DNA from: Endomicrobiia bacterium
Lineage (GTDB): Bacteria > Elusimicrobiota > Endomicrobiia > DTEH01
Assembly (NCBI GenBank): GCA_039630545.1
Contig: JBCNUU010000006.1
Coordinates: 1 to 64,000 of the forward strand
DNA: 64,000 nucleotides
Reading direction: 5' to 3'
Shown: piece by piece, positions 17,304-29,417 of the stretch
Position numbering within the stretch: the first letter of the stretch is position 1
Layout of the letters: each line of letters opens with the position of its first letter
Made by a program: the position numbers and the translations under genes
The notes under the pieces: model-generated
What the model was told of the DNA's origin: nothing
The model's database searches: none
The model's input: the letters and a program-made list of their open reading frames with translations, nothing else

Positions 17304-18517
17304 TTTGAAGAAATTTCTTTAAAAACTTTCTCAAACTCTCCTGCTACTTTTTGCCATGTATAGTTTTCTTCTATCAGTTTTCTGCCATTTAGGGAAATTT
17401 TTCTATAAAGTTGTTCGTCTTCAAAAAGAAGTTTAATCTTTGTTGCAAATTCTTGAGGGTTAGATGCTATTAATATATTTTCTTTATCCTTAAGTTCAGG
17501 AATACCTTCTGACGCTATTGGTGTTATTACAGAAGGTGTTCCCATAGCAAGAGCTTCTAAAATTTTATTTTTTATACCTGAACCACTTATCATAGGGCAT
17601 ATATTTATTTTACATTTTACAATATATTCTCTTACATCTTCAACATAGCCAGTTATTATTATGTTTTTATCTTTTTTTGTATATCTTATAAGATTTTTCG
17701 GCGGATTTGGGCCAACTATATAAAATTTAACCTCAGGAATTTCTTTTTTTATTATAGGATATATTTTTTTTAAAAAGTAAATACACGCATCTATATTAGG
17801 TTTAAAGCTCATTATTCCGCGAAAAAGTAAACTATATGGCTGTTCTTCAAATGAAGTGTTAAATTTATAATAAAAGTATTCTATATCAACTCCGTTAGGA
17901 ATAACTTTTATTTTAGTAGGCTCAATTTTTGATTTCTCACAAAGCCAGTTTTTGTCTTTTGAAGATACTACTACAATTTTATCAAATATAAATTGAAGTC
18001 TGTTTTCAAAATTTAGCAGTTTTTTATATTGTTTATACCAGTAATATTTTTTTAAAATATTATTTTCAACAACAAAATTTCTATAAAATAACATACTCAT
18101 TGCATCATAGTAATGCAATAAAATAGGGGTTTTTATGTTTAAGAATGATGCATACTCTGCAACTGTAAAAAAATCAAAAAAAATAACATCTATGTTTTCA
18201 TAAAAATTAATTATTCTTTTTAACTCTTCCAAAAATTTTTCTGAATAAAACTGATAAATGTTAAAGGGTTTTTTCCCAAATAAAGTATAAAAAACTCTTT
18301 TAATAATATCTTTTGAAATGGTATGTTCTACAACAACAACTTCTTTGCATATGCTTTTTATTGTAGAAAGATATTTTTTTTCATCTTTTCTTATAAAACT
18401 TAAAAGTATCACAGAGTGACCATTTTTTGTAAAACTCCTTATGAGGTTGTATACGGGCATCTTTATTCCTTCATGTGGAGGATACGGAAAACTAGAACAG
18501 ACAAGTAGTATATTCAT
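17300..18517 (-). CDS. GT4 glycosyltransferase
   Basis: IPNGVD, GSGIKNKILEALAMG. Confidence 0.9.
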   Translation of the reverse strand: MNILLVCSSFPYPPHEGIKMPVYNLIRSFTKNGHSVILLSFIRKDEKKYLSTIKSICKEVVVVEHTISKDIIKRVFYTLFGKKPFNIYQFYSEKFLEELKRIINFYENIDVIFFDFFTVAEYASFLNIKTPILLHYYDAMSMLFYRNFVVENNILKKYYWYKQYKKLLNFENRLQFIFDKIVVVSSKDKNWLCEKSKIEPTKIKVIPNGVDIEYFYYKFNTSFEEQPYSLLFRGIMSFKPNIDACIYFLKKIYPIIKKEIPEVKFYIVGPNPPKNLIRYTKKDKNIIITGYVEDVREYIVKCKINICPMISGSGIKNKILEALAMGTPSVITPIASEGIPELKDKENILIASNPQEFATKIKLLFEDEQLYRKISLNGRKLIEENYTWQKVAGEFEKVFKEISSK

Positions 18518-18573
18518 TTTAATTTTTTATGAAAATTTTGTATCAAAAAAATTCAAAAGAGGAGTCTGTTTGG

Positions 18574-19611
18574 TTATTTTTTGTTTTTATTCTGTGTTTC
18601 TTGTTGAACTATTTCTTCTTTAGTCTGGAAAAATCTTTTCTTTATTTCAGATTCTATTTCTTCAAAAATTTGCTTGTTGGTTTTTAAATAATTTTTCACC
18701 TGTTCTCTTCCCTGTCCTAATTTTTCATTTTTGTAAGTAAACCAGGAACCCGCTTTTTCTATGATTCCTTCTTCTACTGCTGTGTCTAAAAGACAGCCAA
18801 TTCTATCAATACCTGTGTCAAAATAAAATTCATATGTAGCTTCCTTAAAAGGAGGAGCAACTTTGTTTTTTGCAACTTTTACTTTCACCCAGTAACCAAC
18901 AGTTTCATCTCCAACTCTTATTATATCTGCTTTTCTTACATCAAGCCTAACAGAAGCATAAAACTTCAACGCTAAACCACCTGTTGTCGTTTCTGGTGAA
19001 CCAAACATTACTCCTATTTTCTGTCTTATCTGATTTATGAATATAATGATAGATTTTGACTTACTTACAGCAGCTGTAAGTTTTCTTAAAGCCTGTGACA
19101 TAAGACGAGCCTGAAGCCCAATTTGAGATTCTCCCATCTCTCCTTCTATTTCAGCTTTTGGAACAAGTGCTGCTACAGAGTCTACAATAATAACATCTAC
19201 TGCATTGCTTCGCACAAGTTTTTCTGCAATTTCTAAAGCCTGTTCTCCATAGTCAGGTTGCGAAACATAAAGGTCAGCTACATTTACTCCTAATCTTTTT
19301 GCAAAATCAGGAGTAAAAGCGTGTTCTGCATCTATCATTGCTGCTATACCGCCCATTTTTTGTGCCTCTGCTGCAATAGTTAAAGCAAGTGTTGTCTTAC
19401 CAGAAGCTTCTGGACCAAAAATTTCTATTACTCTCCCTCTTGGAACCCCACCAACACCTAAAGCTAAATCTAAAGACAAAATACCTGTAGGTATCACCTC
19501 AACAGCAAGCGTCTTTTTTTCACCAAGTCTAACAATGGCTTCTTTACCATATTCTTTTTCAATCTGTGAAATTGCAGCGTTTAATGCTTTAAGTTTTTCT
19601 TCTTTTGACAT
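18574..19611 (-). CDS. recA: Recombinase A
   Basis: [35 protein letters not shown]. Confidence 0.99.
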   Translation of the reverse strand: MSKEEKLKALNAAISQIEKEYGKEAIVRLGEKKTLAVEVIPTGILSLDLALGVGGVPRGRVIEIFGPEASGKTTLALTIAAEAQKMGGIAAMIDAEHAFTPDFAKRLGVNVADLYVSQPDYGEQALEIAEKLVRSNAVDVIIVDSVAALVPKAEIEGEMGESQIGLQARLMSQALRKLTAAVSKSKSIIIFINQIRQKIGVMFGSPETTTGGLALKFYASVRLDVRKADIIRVGDETVGYWVKVKVAKNKVAPPFKEATYEFYFDTGIDRIGCLLDTAVEEGIIEKAGSWFTYKNEKLGQGREQVKNYLKTNKQIFEEIESEIKKRFFQTKEEIVQQETQNKNKK

Positions 19612-19701
19612 AAGAATTTATACCTCCGAAAAATAATTTTTGATAATATTTAAAAAAACTAACACAAAACTTCAACAAGAAAAAAACCATTATTTGGTAG
19701 T

Positions 19702-20994
19702 TTATAAAATTTCATCTTTAATTTGCAACAAAACATCTAAAAAACTTTTAACAGATTTTTCCCAACTGAATTTTTTAACCTGTTCAAATCCTTTCTTTAT
19801 CAACTGCTGCCTTAGATTCTCATCAGTTAAAACTTTTAGTATTCCCTCAGCAATATCTTCTGGATTGTAGGGATTAACATATACTGCTGCATCACCACAT
19901 ATTTCAGGTAAAGAACCTTTATTTGAAACCACAACAGGACATCCACATGCCATAGCTTCAAGTGGTGGTAAACCAAAACCTTCATGTAGCGTGGCAAAAA
20001 GAAAAAGTTTAGCTCCCGTATAGAATGGAGATAATTTTTCATTAGAAACATGTCCAATAAAGTGAACCTTTTTTTTCAAACATAAATGTACTTCTGTATT
20101 TAGTTCCTTAAAAAATTTTTTATCTAATAGACCAACTATTACGAAATCTATATCTAGTTTTTTTTGATTAACTAAAGCTATTGCTTCTATCATACGTTTA
20201 AAGTTTTTTATAGGATGACTGTGAGCTACACAAAGTATATAGTCGTTTTTTAAACCATATTGTATTTTAATATCTTCAACTTTTTTAAAATCAACCGGAT
20301 AGAAGTATTTCTCATTTACCCCCCCATAGATAACCATTCTATTTTTAGTTTTCAAATTAAAAATTTTTATACATTCTTGCATTGTTACTGAGGAAACAGT
20401 AGCTATTCCAAAAACATTCTTAACCACTTTTGGGAATAAACAATAGATATAAAACTTATATTTTGTTTTAAACTGCCTAAACAAAAAAGGAACTGTGTTA
20501 TGAATGAATATTATTTGCTTTTTCAAAAAAATGTTAGCATCATATTCTGTCAAAGAAACTATCAAGTCATATCTTAAAGCATAAACTGGAAAGACTATTT
20601 GTGTCCAGAACATTCTTAAGTAATCAGCTAAAACCATTTTTATGCTACTAAGCAATCCAAAAAATGTGATTTTTTTTAGAAGATTATTTATTTTGCTAAA
20701 GAATCTATTTTTTTCTTTCTTATGTTGTTTTCTAACAACACTCTGTTTTTCAACTTCAAAATGTTTAAATATAAAATTTCGAGTATTGTATTTAAAATTC
20801 AAAATTTGTTTAATATTTTCTTTTCTTACTTCGGTAAAATGGAAAGGAAACAATGTATAAACATCAAATTGAATGTTTATATGTGGATTGCCATATACAT
20901 ATTTTGCAAATTCATTTATAAAGTTTATAATGTAAGTATCAAAACCACTGCCTGCTTTGTTTGAAACACGAATTGCATTAAATGCTATCTTCAT
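19702..20994 (-). CDS. GT4 glycosyltransferase (likely start MKIAFNA)
   Basis: [33 protein letters not shown] overlap with the upstream gene sets the start at 20994. Confidence 0.88.
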   Translation of the reverse strand: MKIAFNAIRVSNKAGSGFDTYIINFINEFAKYVYGNPHINIQFDVYTLFPFHFTEVRKENIKQILNFKYNTRNFIFKHFEVEKQSVVRKQHKKEKNRFFSKINNLLKKITFFGLLSSIKMVLADYLRMFWTQIVFPVYALRYDLIVSLTEYDANIFLKKQIIFIHNTVPFLFRQFKTKYKFYIYCLFPKVVKNVFGIATVSSVTMQECIKIFNLKTKNRMVIYGGVNEKYFYPVDFKKVEDIKIQYGLKNDYILCVAHSHPIKNFKRMIEAIALVNQKKLDIDFVIVGLLDKKFFKELNTEVHLCLKKKVHFIGHVSNEKLSPFYTGAKLFLFATLHEGFGLPPLEAMACGCPVVVSNKGSLPEICGDAAVYVNPYNPEDIAEGILKVLTDENLRQQLIKKGFEQVKKFSWEKSVKSFLDVLLQIKDEIL

Positions 20995-21851
20995 TTTATT
21001 GATTTCAGTGTACGAATAATTTTTAGCACTGGTTTGGTATAAAAATTTAGTAAAAACCATAAAACTAAATACGAAACCACACCGAAATGTTTTTTATAGT
21101 AATAAAGCATAGAATTATAAAATATTCTTTCTTTTTTTTCCCTTCCATGCTTATTCATCGTAACTTGCCAATAATGAATAATTTTTACCTCTGCAAGATA
21201 ATAGATTTTGTATCCTGCTTCTAATATTCTTTTGCACCAATCAATTTCTTCCCAGTAGATTAAAAATCCTTCATCCAATAAACCTACCTTTTCTGCAACT
21301 TCTCTTCTTATCAACATACAACTACCGCCTACAGAATCAACTTCTCTTGTTGTATTTCTGTCCCAATCCGAATATATGCGATGTAGTTTCACAGGATTAT
21401 TTTTCCATATTGTATTTAACAGTAACACTTCAAATAAACCATACAAAAATGTTGGTAACCTATCTGAACTTCTCTGTAAACTTAAATCGGGATTAAGCAA
21501 TTTTGGTCCACAAGCACCACACTCCGGATGTTCATCCATAAATTTTACCATTTTATCAAATGTCTCATTTAGGATTATAGTGTCTGAATTCAATATCATT
21601 AAATATCTACCTTTTGCGATTTTTAAGGCTTGATTATGAGCTCGAGTAAAAAACAAATTCTCTTTGTTAGCGATTATTTTAACTTCTGGAAACTCACTTT
21701 TTACCATTTCAACGGAACCATCTTTGGAGGCATTATCCACGACTATTATTTCAAACGAAATTTTTTTTGTAGAGCGGTATATTGATTCTAAACACTGCCT
21801 TAATAGATCTTTTGTATTATAATTAACAATAGTAATAGACAAATCAATCAT
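20991..21851 (-). CDS. GT2 glycosyltransferase (WbbL/rhamnosyltransferase-like)
   Basis: IVNYNT, VVDNAS, LNSD, GSCMLIRR, DEGFLIYWEEIDWC. Confidence 0.9.
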   Translation of the reverse strand: MIDLSITIVNYNTKDLLRQCLESIYRSTKKISFEIIVVDNASKDGSVEMVKSEFPEVKIIANKENLFFTRAHNQALKIAKGRYLMILNSDTIILNETFDKMVKFMDEHPECGACGPKLLNPDLSLQRSSDRLPTFLYGLFEVLLLNTIWKNNPVKLHRIYSDWDRNTTREVDSVGGSCMLIRREVAEKVGLLDEGFLIYWEEIDWCKRILEAGYKIYYLAEVKIIHYWQVTMNKHGREKKERIFYNSMLYYYKKHFGVVSYLVLWFLLNFYTKPVLKIIRTLKSIK

Positions 21852-22342
21852 ATTGAATTAAAAAATAATGGATTAAATACAATTTTACTATTTTTACTAT
21901 CAGATTCGATCTCAGTATTATTCTTAAGTACTTTATTCCTAAATATATCATTATAGGTTTTGATTATAATAAAATATCACCCACACCGTTTATTTTGTCA
22001 ATTAAAATTCCATTGAAGATAACCTGGACAACTATATATTGTTTATATTTACTCATATGCAGATAAAACTCAAAATCACTTTTCTTTTTAAATAAAATTG
22101 ACCATTCCTTAAGTGATAAAAAATTCACCTATTGTGACGATTTTTTTATTAATAACCTTAAAACGCTAATCATTTTATATACAAAATTTGCTTTTCCAAT
22201 ATCTACTTTACCAATCACATATATGTTGGTTTTTGTTTTGGTTTTTCATCACGGCAATATTGAACCAACACAATATTTTAACTCTTCCTCAGGCCTCTCA
22301 ACCATCCTATCCAACTGTCTTTATTAATCTTCATCGTAAGAT

Positions 22343-22860
22343 TTAGTTGTGAAATCTTACAAAATCAGTATTTATTGGTCTAAAAATGTCTCTTTTGTCA
22401 GGATGTCTATAAAACGTAAGGATATCTTTCGTTTTCATCAGTATAAAAAACTCATTAAGAGCATTATATTTTGGTTTACTATTTACTGGATTCATTTTAT
22501 CAAGAAAATCAACAATTTTAGCAACTTCGTTAAAATTATGTTGTGGAAATAAAAAAACTTTTTGTGAGTCATTATTCAAAGTAAAGTCAAAATTAGTAAG
22601 TCTATCTCTTCAAAAGTATATAGAAACACATTCAAAACCAGGTATTAAACATTCTTTTTTTGAATTAATTTTCTTGATTTCATTTAAATAGTTATTGATA
22701 TTTGATACATCTATACCCTGCCTTATCACTTCTTCTTTAAGAAATTTTGAAGTAAATTTGAATTTAACAGTCAACATATCAGATAGAAATCCATAATCTA
22801 TCTTTTCTCTTTATAATATACGATGTAAATCTTCAAGCTCAATTGTATCATTTGGAGAAT
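22343..22860 (-). pseudogene. Degraded ORF, possibly a PHP-like metallohydrolase
   Basis: Manual translation gives YSPNDTIELEDLHRIL*REKIDYGFLSD...LIPGFE...F*, continuing into the 78-aa fragment (..YRHP..); several stop codons. Confidence 0.35.
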
Positions 22861-23204
22861 AGTTACTCCTTAGACCCCATTACAACTTTAGTAATTGACA
22901 AATCTCTCAGATAGTTTGAATTTACAGGATACATTCTCTTTACTGGTTGTAAAATATATTCGTTCGAAAGTAAAGAAAATTATAAAATAAAGTAATATAC
23001 ATACAAAAAACTGAATGAAATAAGTCAAACTATCAAAGCATCCCTTGTGGCTAAAAAACAAAATTAAACAGACAAAATAACTATTAAAGGGAATACACTG
23101 ATTAAATTATTTTTCTCAACTTTGAACATATTTATGTCAAATTTCTATATAAATTGTAGTATTAAAACGGTCCACTTTTGCAGATTTTTTATTTAACCTT
23201 AATT

Positions 23205-23900
23205 TTAAAAATAAACTGGAAACCAAACAATGTTGGAAACAAAGAATAAAATTTTTTTTAAGTTCTTCCATCCATTTGGCAATTTCAAAAATAAACTATG
23301 ATGTTTAGGTATACCTTTGTCTTGATCAAATGAAATGTATTCAATCTTATAACCATTGTTAATGAATAATTCTTTTATAGTTTTCAATGTAAAAAATCTA
23401 AGATTGTGTTTCATCCATTATTCCTTTACCATACTCACTATTAAACAATCCTTTTTCATAATCAAAATTGCCAAATAAAAGCTTTAAGTCGTATAGACAA
23501 TGTGCAACATTAGGAATGCCAGCAATTAAACTTCCATTTGACTTTAGAAATTTTTAATATTAAATACACCTTCTGTAGCCATTTAAGGTGTTCTAAAACA
23601 TTTATATGTAATCAAAGTAATCCCTAGCAAGTATACCAAAGTATCTAAAGTGGTTTCGTCTTCAACATAACCTATAATAATTTTCTCATAATAAGGTTTT
23701 GCTAATTCAACAACTTCTTTATCAATTTCTATAGCGTACATTTTACAATTGCGTTTTTCTTTTAAAAACTTCCCAATCTATCTTGTTGCACATCCAATCT
23801 TTAAAATTACACTGTTTGGCTTAATTAGCTGAACTGCTTGATAATCAGCCCATAACGGACATATTTTGTCAATGTCTTAATTTTCTCTATGGAATTTCAT
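23205..23900 (-). pseudogene. Class I SAM-dependent methyltransferase pseudogene (polysaccharide-locus type)
   Basis: VILKIGCATR*IG (decayed motif I, TAG at 23778-23780), MYAIEID, VLEHL, GIPNVAH, NLRFFT; stops and frameshifts. Confidence 0.75.
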
Positions 23901-24072
23901 TTACATTGATTCTTTTTGAATTTTGTCTTTTCTTCGCATTCAATAAAATTTGAGAATTTATTGTATTTGTTTTTTTATCTTTTGTCGGGATCTTATCTTG
24001 GATTTTACACTAAGATTTCATTTTCATTGTTCTATAATTTTCGTGCTTATTTTTGTAACAACAGTAAAAATG

Positions 24073-25503
24073 TTAAATGTTTAATTTTATATCTTTGTTT
24101 ATCAAAAAATTTAAAAACTTCTTTATTTCATCAATTTTTATAAATTTTATTGAAAAACAGAGTGTTAAAAATAAAAACGGAGCAATTTTAATTTTAAACA
24201 GAATTTCTACGACACAACTTATAAAAATGAAGCTTACTAAATACAGAAAATTGTATATTAAGTTTATATTAAATTTTATCAAACATACAAAGCAAATAAT
24301 AAACACAAATACAACAAATGCTGTTAAATAACTTATAATTAAAGCAAAAAATTTAAACCGGTAAATAAAAACAATATTTAAAAAATTATAAAGTAGTATC
24401 ATAACTAACCCATATACACTGATAAATATAAAAGGTTTGTTTTCAGAAACAAAAAAAGGTGAAAACAAAACTACAAATCCAAAAACTGGTAAATATAAAG
24501 AAAAAAATCTAAATGCTTCTACACTTTCTAAATAATTTTTTCCAAAAAGAAAAGGAAGTATATACTCTGCGAAGGAAAAAAATATAAGTCCTACGATACC
24601 AAATATAAAACCTAGAAATTTAGATGAAAATATAAGAATTTTATTTTTCATTGCAAAATTCTGATTGGAAGAAAAATAATAAAAAAAAGGCGCCGGGATC
24701 TGTGAAATTAACATAGTTTCTATAAGCTTTGGAACCCTTGTAGATGCAAAATAAAATCCAACTTGAGCTGGATCTTTTAAAATCCCACGAAGAAGTAAAA
24801 CATCTAAATTGATTGAAAGCATGTATATAAACTGCCCAAATAGAAAAGTCAAACAAAAAATTATAATCTGTTTTTCAAAATTTAAAATTTTGAAGTTAAA
24901 ATTTTTAAATGAAATTGAAAAAAGAATTACTAAAAATATCAATGATACAAAAAAATTACTTTTTAAAATTGTTTTGTATGAAAGAAACCCATATATTATA
25001 AGAATCAAACCCAAAATACTACTTGTGTTGCTTCTTATTCCGTCTATTATTACAAATTCGTTAAATTTTCCTAAACCCCGCCAGAAACCTTCAAAAGCAT
25101 TAAAGAAACTAACTAAAACTACAAAAATAATAAATATATAAAATATATCTTTTATTTCAGCAGGTAAAAAAGCTTGAAAAAATTTTTTTATGAAAATCAT
25201 CGTTAATAAAAATAAACTTCCTGCAAAAAAAATGCTAATTAAACTTTGAGATAAAAGGTTATATTTTTCTTGCAAACTAACTTTCTGTGGAACAAACTTA
25301 GTTAATGTGTTTAACCAACCTAATGAAAGAATAGGTCCTAAAGTAGATATAAGGTTCCAAACTAAGGAGTACTTACCATATTCATATGGACCTAAAAAGC
25401 GTACAAAGAATATATTTATTATACCTGTTACACCCATAAAAAAATTTCGCAAGATTATATACTTAGTGGTGTCCCAAAAAATTTTTCTGTAAATTTTACT
25501 CAT
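24073..25503 (-). CDS. wzx: Wzx-type oligosaccharide flippase
   Basis: RFLGPYEYGKYSL, many TM segments, QVGFY, LFGKNY. Confidence 0.8.
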   Translation of the reverse strand: MSKIYRKIFWDTTKYIILRNFFMGVTGIINIFFVRFLGPYEYGKYSLVWNLISTLGPILSLGWLNTLTKFVPQKVSLQEKYNLLSQSLISIFFAGSLFLLTMIFIKKFFQAFLPAEIKDIFYIFIIFVVLVSFFNAFEGFWRGLGKFNEFVIIDGIRSNTSSILGLILIIYGFLSYKTILKSNFFVSLIFLVILFSISFKNFNFKILNFEKQIIIFCLTFLFGQFIYMLSINLDVLLLRGILKDPAQVGFYFASTRVPKLIETMLISQIPAPFFYYFSSNQNFAMKNKILIFSSKFLGFIFGIVGLIFFSFAEYILPFLFGKNYLESVEAFRFFSLYLPVFGFVVLFSPFFVSENKPFIFISVYGLVMILLYNFLNIVFIYRFKFFALIISYLTAFVVFVFIICFVCLIKFNINLIYNFLYLVSFIFISCVVEILFKIKIAPFLFLTLCFSIKFIKIDEIKKFLNFLINKDIKLNI

Positions 25504-25508
25504 AAATC

Positions 25509-26246
25509 TTATAAAGAAAATATAACAAAATACTCTATATTGCCTTCTTTCCCTTTAACTTCAGATTCCTGCATAAAAATTTTTTTATATCCAAGATTTG
25601 TTTCTGCAAATTTAATAATTTTTTCTACTGCTTCTAACCTATACTTTTTTTCTTTAACTATTCCTTTTTTTACATACTTTGGTTCACATTCAAACTGGGG
25701 TTTTACAAGGGCAATAATCTGGTGAGGATAATTAGCTATTTTTTTTATAACAGGTAAGATTTTTGTAAGAGAGATAAAAGAAACATCAACAGTAAATATA
25801 TCTATGTTTTCTTGTATCTTTTTAGCATATCCTAACTCTACAAAATATCTAAAATTTATTCCTTCTAGAACCACCACTTTAGGATTATTTCTTAACTTTT
25901 CATGTAAAAGGCCTTTGCCTACATCGCAACAGTAAACTTTTCTTGCTCCAAATTTTAAAAGACAATCAGTAAAACCTCCGGTTGAGCTTCCTACATCAAA
26001 ACAAACTCTGTTTTCTACATTAATTATTCCCGTCTTCAACAAACCTTCTAATTTGTACCCTCCAGCTGACACATATTCATATGATTTTATTATTTCAATT
26101 TTAGCATCTTTTTGTACTATTTTTGAAGGATCTTTTATTACTTCGTTGTTAATTTTCACACCACATTCTTTTATTATCTTTTGCGCTTTCTGTCTTGATT
26201 CGAAAAAATTCTTTTCCACAAGAAGCTTATCTAATCTTTCTTTCAT
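25509..26246 (-). CDS. tlyA: TlyA family rRNA 2'-O-methyltransferase
   Basis: S4 domain KERLDKLL, DVGSSTGGFTD, DVSFISL, KPQFE, GNIEY. Confidence 0.95.
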   Translation of the reverse strand: MKERLDKLLVEKNFFESRQKAQKIIKECGVKINNEVIKDPSKIVQKDAKIEIIKSYEYVSAGGYKLEGLLKTGIINVENRVCFDVGSSTGGFTDCLLKFGARKVYCCDVGKGLLHEKLRNNPKVVVLEGINFRYFVELGYAKKIQENIDIFTVDVSFISLTKILPVIKKIANYPHQIIALVKPQFECEPKYVKKGIVKEKKYRLEAVEKIIKFAETNLGYKKIFMQESEVKGKEGNIEYFVIFSL

Positions 26247-26253
26247 TTTATAG

Positions 26254-27030
26254 TTAAGAATTTGACTTTATTGCCTTATAAAGTAATTCAAAAAATAATC
26301 TTCCAGATGGTGAAAGTTTATTGTTTATTTGATTATATAATGGATGTTGAAAAGAAACTACAAACCTCTCTGGATGAGGCATAAGACCTATTATCCTGCC
26401 TGAACTATCAGTTATACCGGCGATATTATACAATGAACCGTTGGGATTTAAAGGATAACCAACATTAGTTTTCCCTTCAGAATCACAATATTGAAATATG
26501 TATAAATTATTTTCTATAATATGCTTCAAAGTATTTTCTTCAGTAAAAAAATTCCCCTCTGCATGAGCTACCGGAAGTTCTATTATATCAGGTAAGCTGC
26601 TTAAAGGAGAAGGATTGTTTTTGTTTGTCTTTAAATAAACCCATCTACATTCAAATCTAGAAGAAATATTATCAGTAAGTGTTGCTTGCTGTTTGAAATT
26701 AGGATAAGGTAAAAGGCCTAGTTTAACTAAAACTTGAAAACCATTACATATACCAACAATAAATTTGTCTTTATTTATAAACTCTTCAAAAGAATCTTTT
26801 AATTTGTAATAAATTTCTATTGCGAAAACTTTTCCTGCTGAGATATAATCTCCAAAGGAAAATCCTCCAGGAATAACCAAAAGTTCAAAATCTAAAATAT
26901 CCACATCTTTTCTTATAACTTCATTTATATGAACCAAATCTGTTTCAAAACCTACTAATCTTAAAGCATTAACAGTCTCTTTATCGCAGTTAGTTCCTGC
27001 TACTCTTAAAACAATAGCTTTTGGTTTCAT
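26254..27030 (-). CDS. purQ: FGAM synthase glutaminase subunit
   Basis: GTNCD, PGGFSFGD, GICNGFQ, MPHPER. Confidence 0.97.
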   Translation of the reverse strand: MKPKAIVLRVAGTNCDKETVNALRLVGFETDLVHINEVIRKDVDILDFELLVIPGGFSFGDYISAGKVFAIEIYYKLKDSFEEFINKDKFIVGICNGFQVLVKLGLLPYPNFKQQATLTDNISSRFECRWVYLKTNKNNPSPLSSLPDIIELPVAHAEGNFFTEENTLKHIIENNLYIFQYCDSEGKTNVGYPLNPNGSLYNIAGITDSSGRIIGLMPHPERFVVSFQHPLYNQINNKLSPSGRLFFELLYKAIKSNS

Positions 27031-29417
27031 AAAAGATTGCTAAGAGTTTTTGACCATATTTCATAAGCTTTTCTAACTGATATTTTCAAAATTGGTTGTC
27101 CTTTTATGTTAAAAATTTCCAAGTAGGGTTCCAAAGTTGTTTCTCCAAGGTATTCATAGTCAACATCTTCTTTCTTTAACAGGTCTTCAAAGAAATCTTT
27201 TGTTTGTGTTTCGACTATTATGCAGGAAGGAGGTTCTGAAAATAGATATGATATATGGTTTTTCGTCGACAATTTTATTTTCGCACCTAACTGTTTTGCA
27301 AAACACATCTCAACCAAACTAACAATAACCCCCCCATCAGATACATCATGGGCCGTCAGTATGTGTTGTGCGTGGTTGTTAATAAATTTATAAACTTTTT
27401 TAGCTCTTTTTATGTCTAAGTGAGCTACTGGTAACTTTTTATTTTCTTTTAATAAACATCTTGAAAAAATTGTACCCCCAAGAGAGTCTTCTATTTTTCC
27501 TATTAAAAAGATATAAGTTTGTGATTTCTTAAAGTAAGAAGTTCTTATTTTGGATAAATCTTCAACTATTCCTAAACCTGATATAAGGAGTGTTGAAGGT
27601 ATAGAAATCTTTTTTTTACCAAGAAGATAATAGTTGTTTAAACTATCTTTGCCAGAGATAAATGGTGTTTTAAACTTTAGAGATACTTCCTTAGCTACTT
27701 CGCAGGCTAAAAATATATCCAAAAGATTTTTTTTATTTAACTCACCCCAACAAAAATTGTCTAACAAAAATATCTTATCTAGTTGGGCTCCTGCACAGAT
27801 TAAGTTTCTTATCGCTTCATCTATTGAATGTTCTACCATTCTTTCTATACTCAACTTACTTAAATGTGGCTTTATTCCACAGCTTATAGCTATGGCTTTT
27901 TTTGTATCTTGTAAACCTTCTACATTAAATGGATATAAAACAGCAGCATCCTGAGGAGAATAAAAATCATTTTCAGATTCTCCACATAGAGGTTTTAGAA
28001 TTGTGTTGCCTTGAACTTCATGGTCATATTGTCTTATTATCCATTCTTTAGATACTACATCTAAATGTGACAAAACTTTGTTGAAGATCTCCTCTAAAGA
28101 ATTTTTAATGCTTATATGAGGTTTTGTTTTAGGTAAAGTGGTTTTATTATATGTGAGTTTATATTTTCTTTTAGGCAGACCGTTATGAAGGAACTCCATA
28201 TCAAGATCACATATTTTAACTGAATTATAATACACTTCTAATTTTTTGTTGTTGGTTACCTCTCCTATCACTGTAGCTTCTACATCCTCTTTGTTGCAAA
28301 TTTCTAAAAACTTTTCTACTTTTTCTTTCTCCACAATTAAAACCATTCTTTCCTGGGATTCTGAAAGCCATATCTCCCATGGCATAATATCTTTGTATTT
28401 AAGAGGAACCCTTTCAAGATATATTCTGCATCCACAATCTTTTGTTAATTCTCCACAGGCAGAAGAAAGTCCACCAGCTCCACAGTCTGTAATAGCTGTA
28501 AATAAACCTAAATCCCGAGCTTTTAAAATCACATCCACAAACATTTTTTGCGTTATTGGATCTCCTATCTGAACAACAGATGTAGGTAAATCTTCATGAA
28601 GAGCATCAGAAGAAAAAGTAGCACCATGAATACCATCTCTTCCAGTTTTACCACCAACAAGAACAATAAGTTGACCTGGTTTTACTGTTTTGTGAATTTT
28701 GTCACATGGAATTATACCTAAACATCCACAGTAAACCAGTGGATTGTAAGTATATCCATCATCAAACAAAACAGCACCATTTACAGTTGGTATACCCATA
28801 CGGTTACCATAGTCTCTTACCCCGCTTACTACACCTTTCATAATTCTTTTTGGATGGAAAACTTTAGATGGAAGTTTACCATTATAATCTATATTGCCAA
28901 AACAAAAAATATCGGTGTTGGCTATTGGTTTGGCTGAAAGTCCACAACCAACTATATCTCTTATTACTCCACCAATACCAGTAGCAGCTCCACCGTAAGG
29001 TTCTAATGCTGAAGGATGATTATGAGTCTCTACCTTAAATGCTATTGCATATCCTTTATCAAAATTCACAACTCCTGCATTATCAACAAATACAGATAAA
29101 CAATCTGGATGATTTATCTTTTTTGTAGCATAAAAAATTGTATCTTTTAAAACATTGTTATATTTTTTGAGCTTGTTTTTTTTACTTATTACTTTGATTT
29201 CTACTGAACTTGTTAATGTTTTATGTTTACAATGCTCTGACCATGTTTGAGCAATTGTTTCTAATTCACAGTCTGTAGGGTTTCTTTTTTCTTTCAAAAA
29301 ATATTTTTTAATAGCCTTCATTTCCTCTAATGATAAAGAAAGCAGCCCCTTTTTGCTTATTTCTAAAAGTTTCTTGTCGCTTGCATCTAAAATATTTACT
29401 ACATCATAAAATTTCAT
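27027..29417 (-). CDS. purL: FGAM synthase subunit PurL
   Basis: WSEHCKH, KVETHNHPS, DCGAGG, SESQER, SGKDS, HDVSDGG. Confidence 0.97.
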   Translation of the reverse strand: MKFYDVVNILDASDKKLLEISKKGLLSLSLEEMKAIKKYFLKEKRNPTDCELETIAQTWSEHCKHKTLTSSVEIKVISKKNKLKKYNNVLKDTIFYATKKINHPDCLSVFVDNAGVVNFDKGYAIAFKVETHNHPSALEPYGGAATGIGGVIRDIVGCGLSAKPIANTDIFCFGNIDYNGKLPSKVFHPKRIMKGVVSGVRDYGNRMGIPTVNGAVLFDDGYTYNPLVYCGCLGIIPCDKIHKTVKPGQLIVLVGGKTGRDGIHGATFSSDALHEDLPTSVVQIGDPITQKMFVDVILKARDLGLFTAITDCGAGGLSSACGELTKDCGCRIYLERVPLKYKDIMPWEIWLSESQERMVLIVEKEKVEKFLEICNKEDVEATVIGEVTNNKKLEVYYNSVKICDLDMEFLHNGLPKRKYKLTYNKTTLPKTKPHISIKNSLEEIFNKVLSHLDVVSKEWIIRQYDHEVQGNTILKPLCGESENDFYSPQDAAVLYPFNVEGLQDTKKAIAISCGIKPHLSKLSIERMVEHSIDEAIRNLICAGAQLDKIFLLDNFCWGELNKKNLLDIFLACEVAKEVSLKFKTPFISGKDSLNNYYLLGKKKISIPSTLLISGLGIVEDLSKIRTSYFKKSQTYIFLIGKIEDSLGGTIFSRCLLKENKKLPVAHLDIKRAKKVYKFINNHAQHILTAHDVSDGGVIVSLVEMCFAKQLGAKIKLSTKNHISYLFSEPPSCIIVETQTKDFFEDLLKKEDVDYEYLGETTLEPYLEIFNIKGQPILKISVRKAYEIWSKTLSNLL

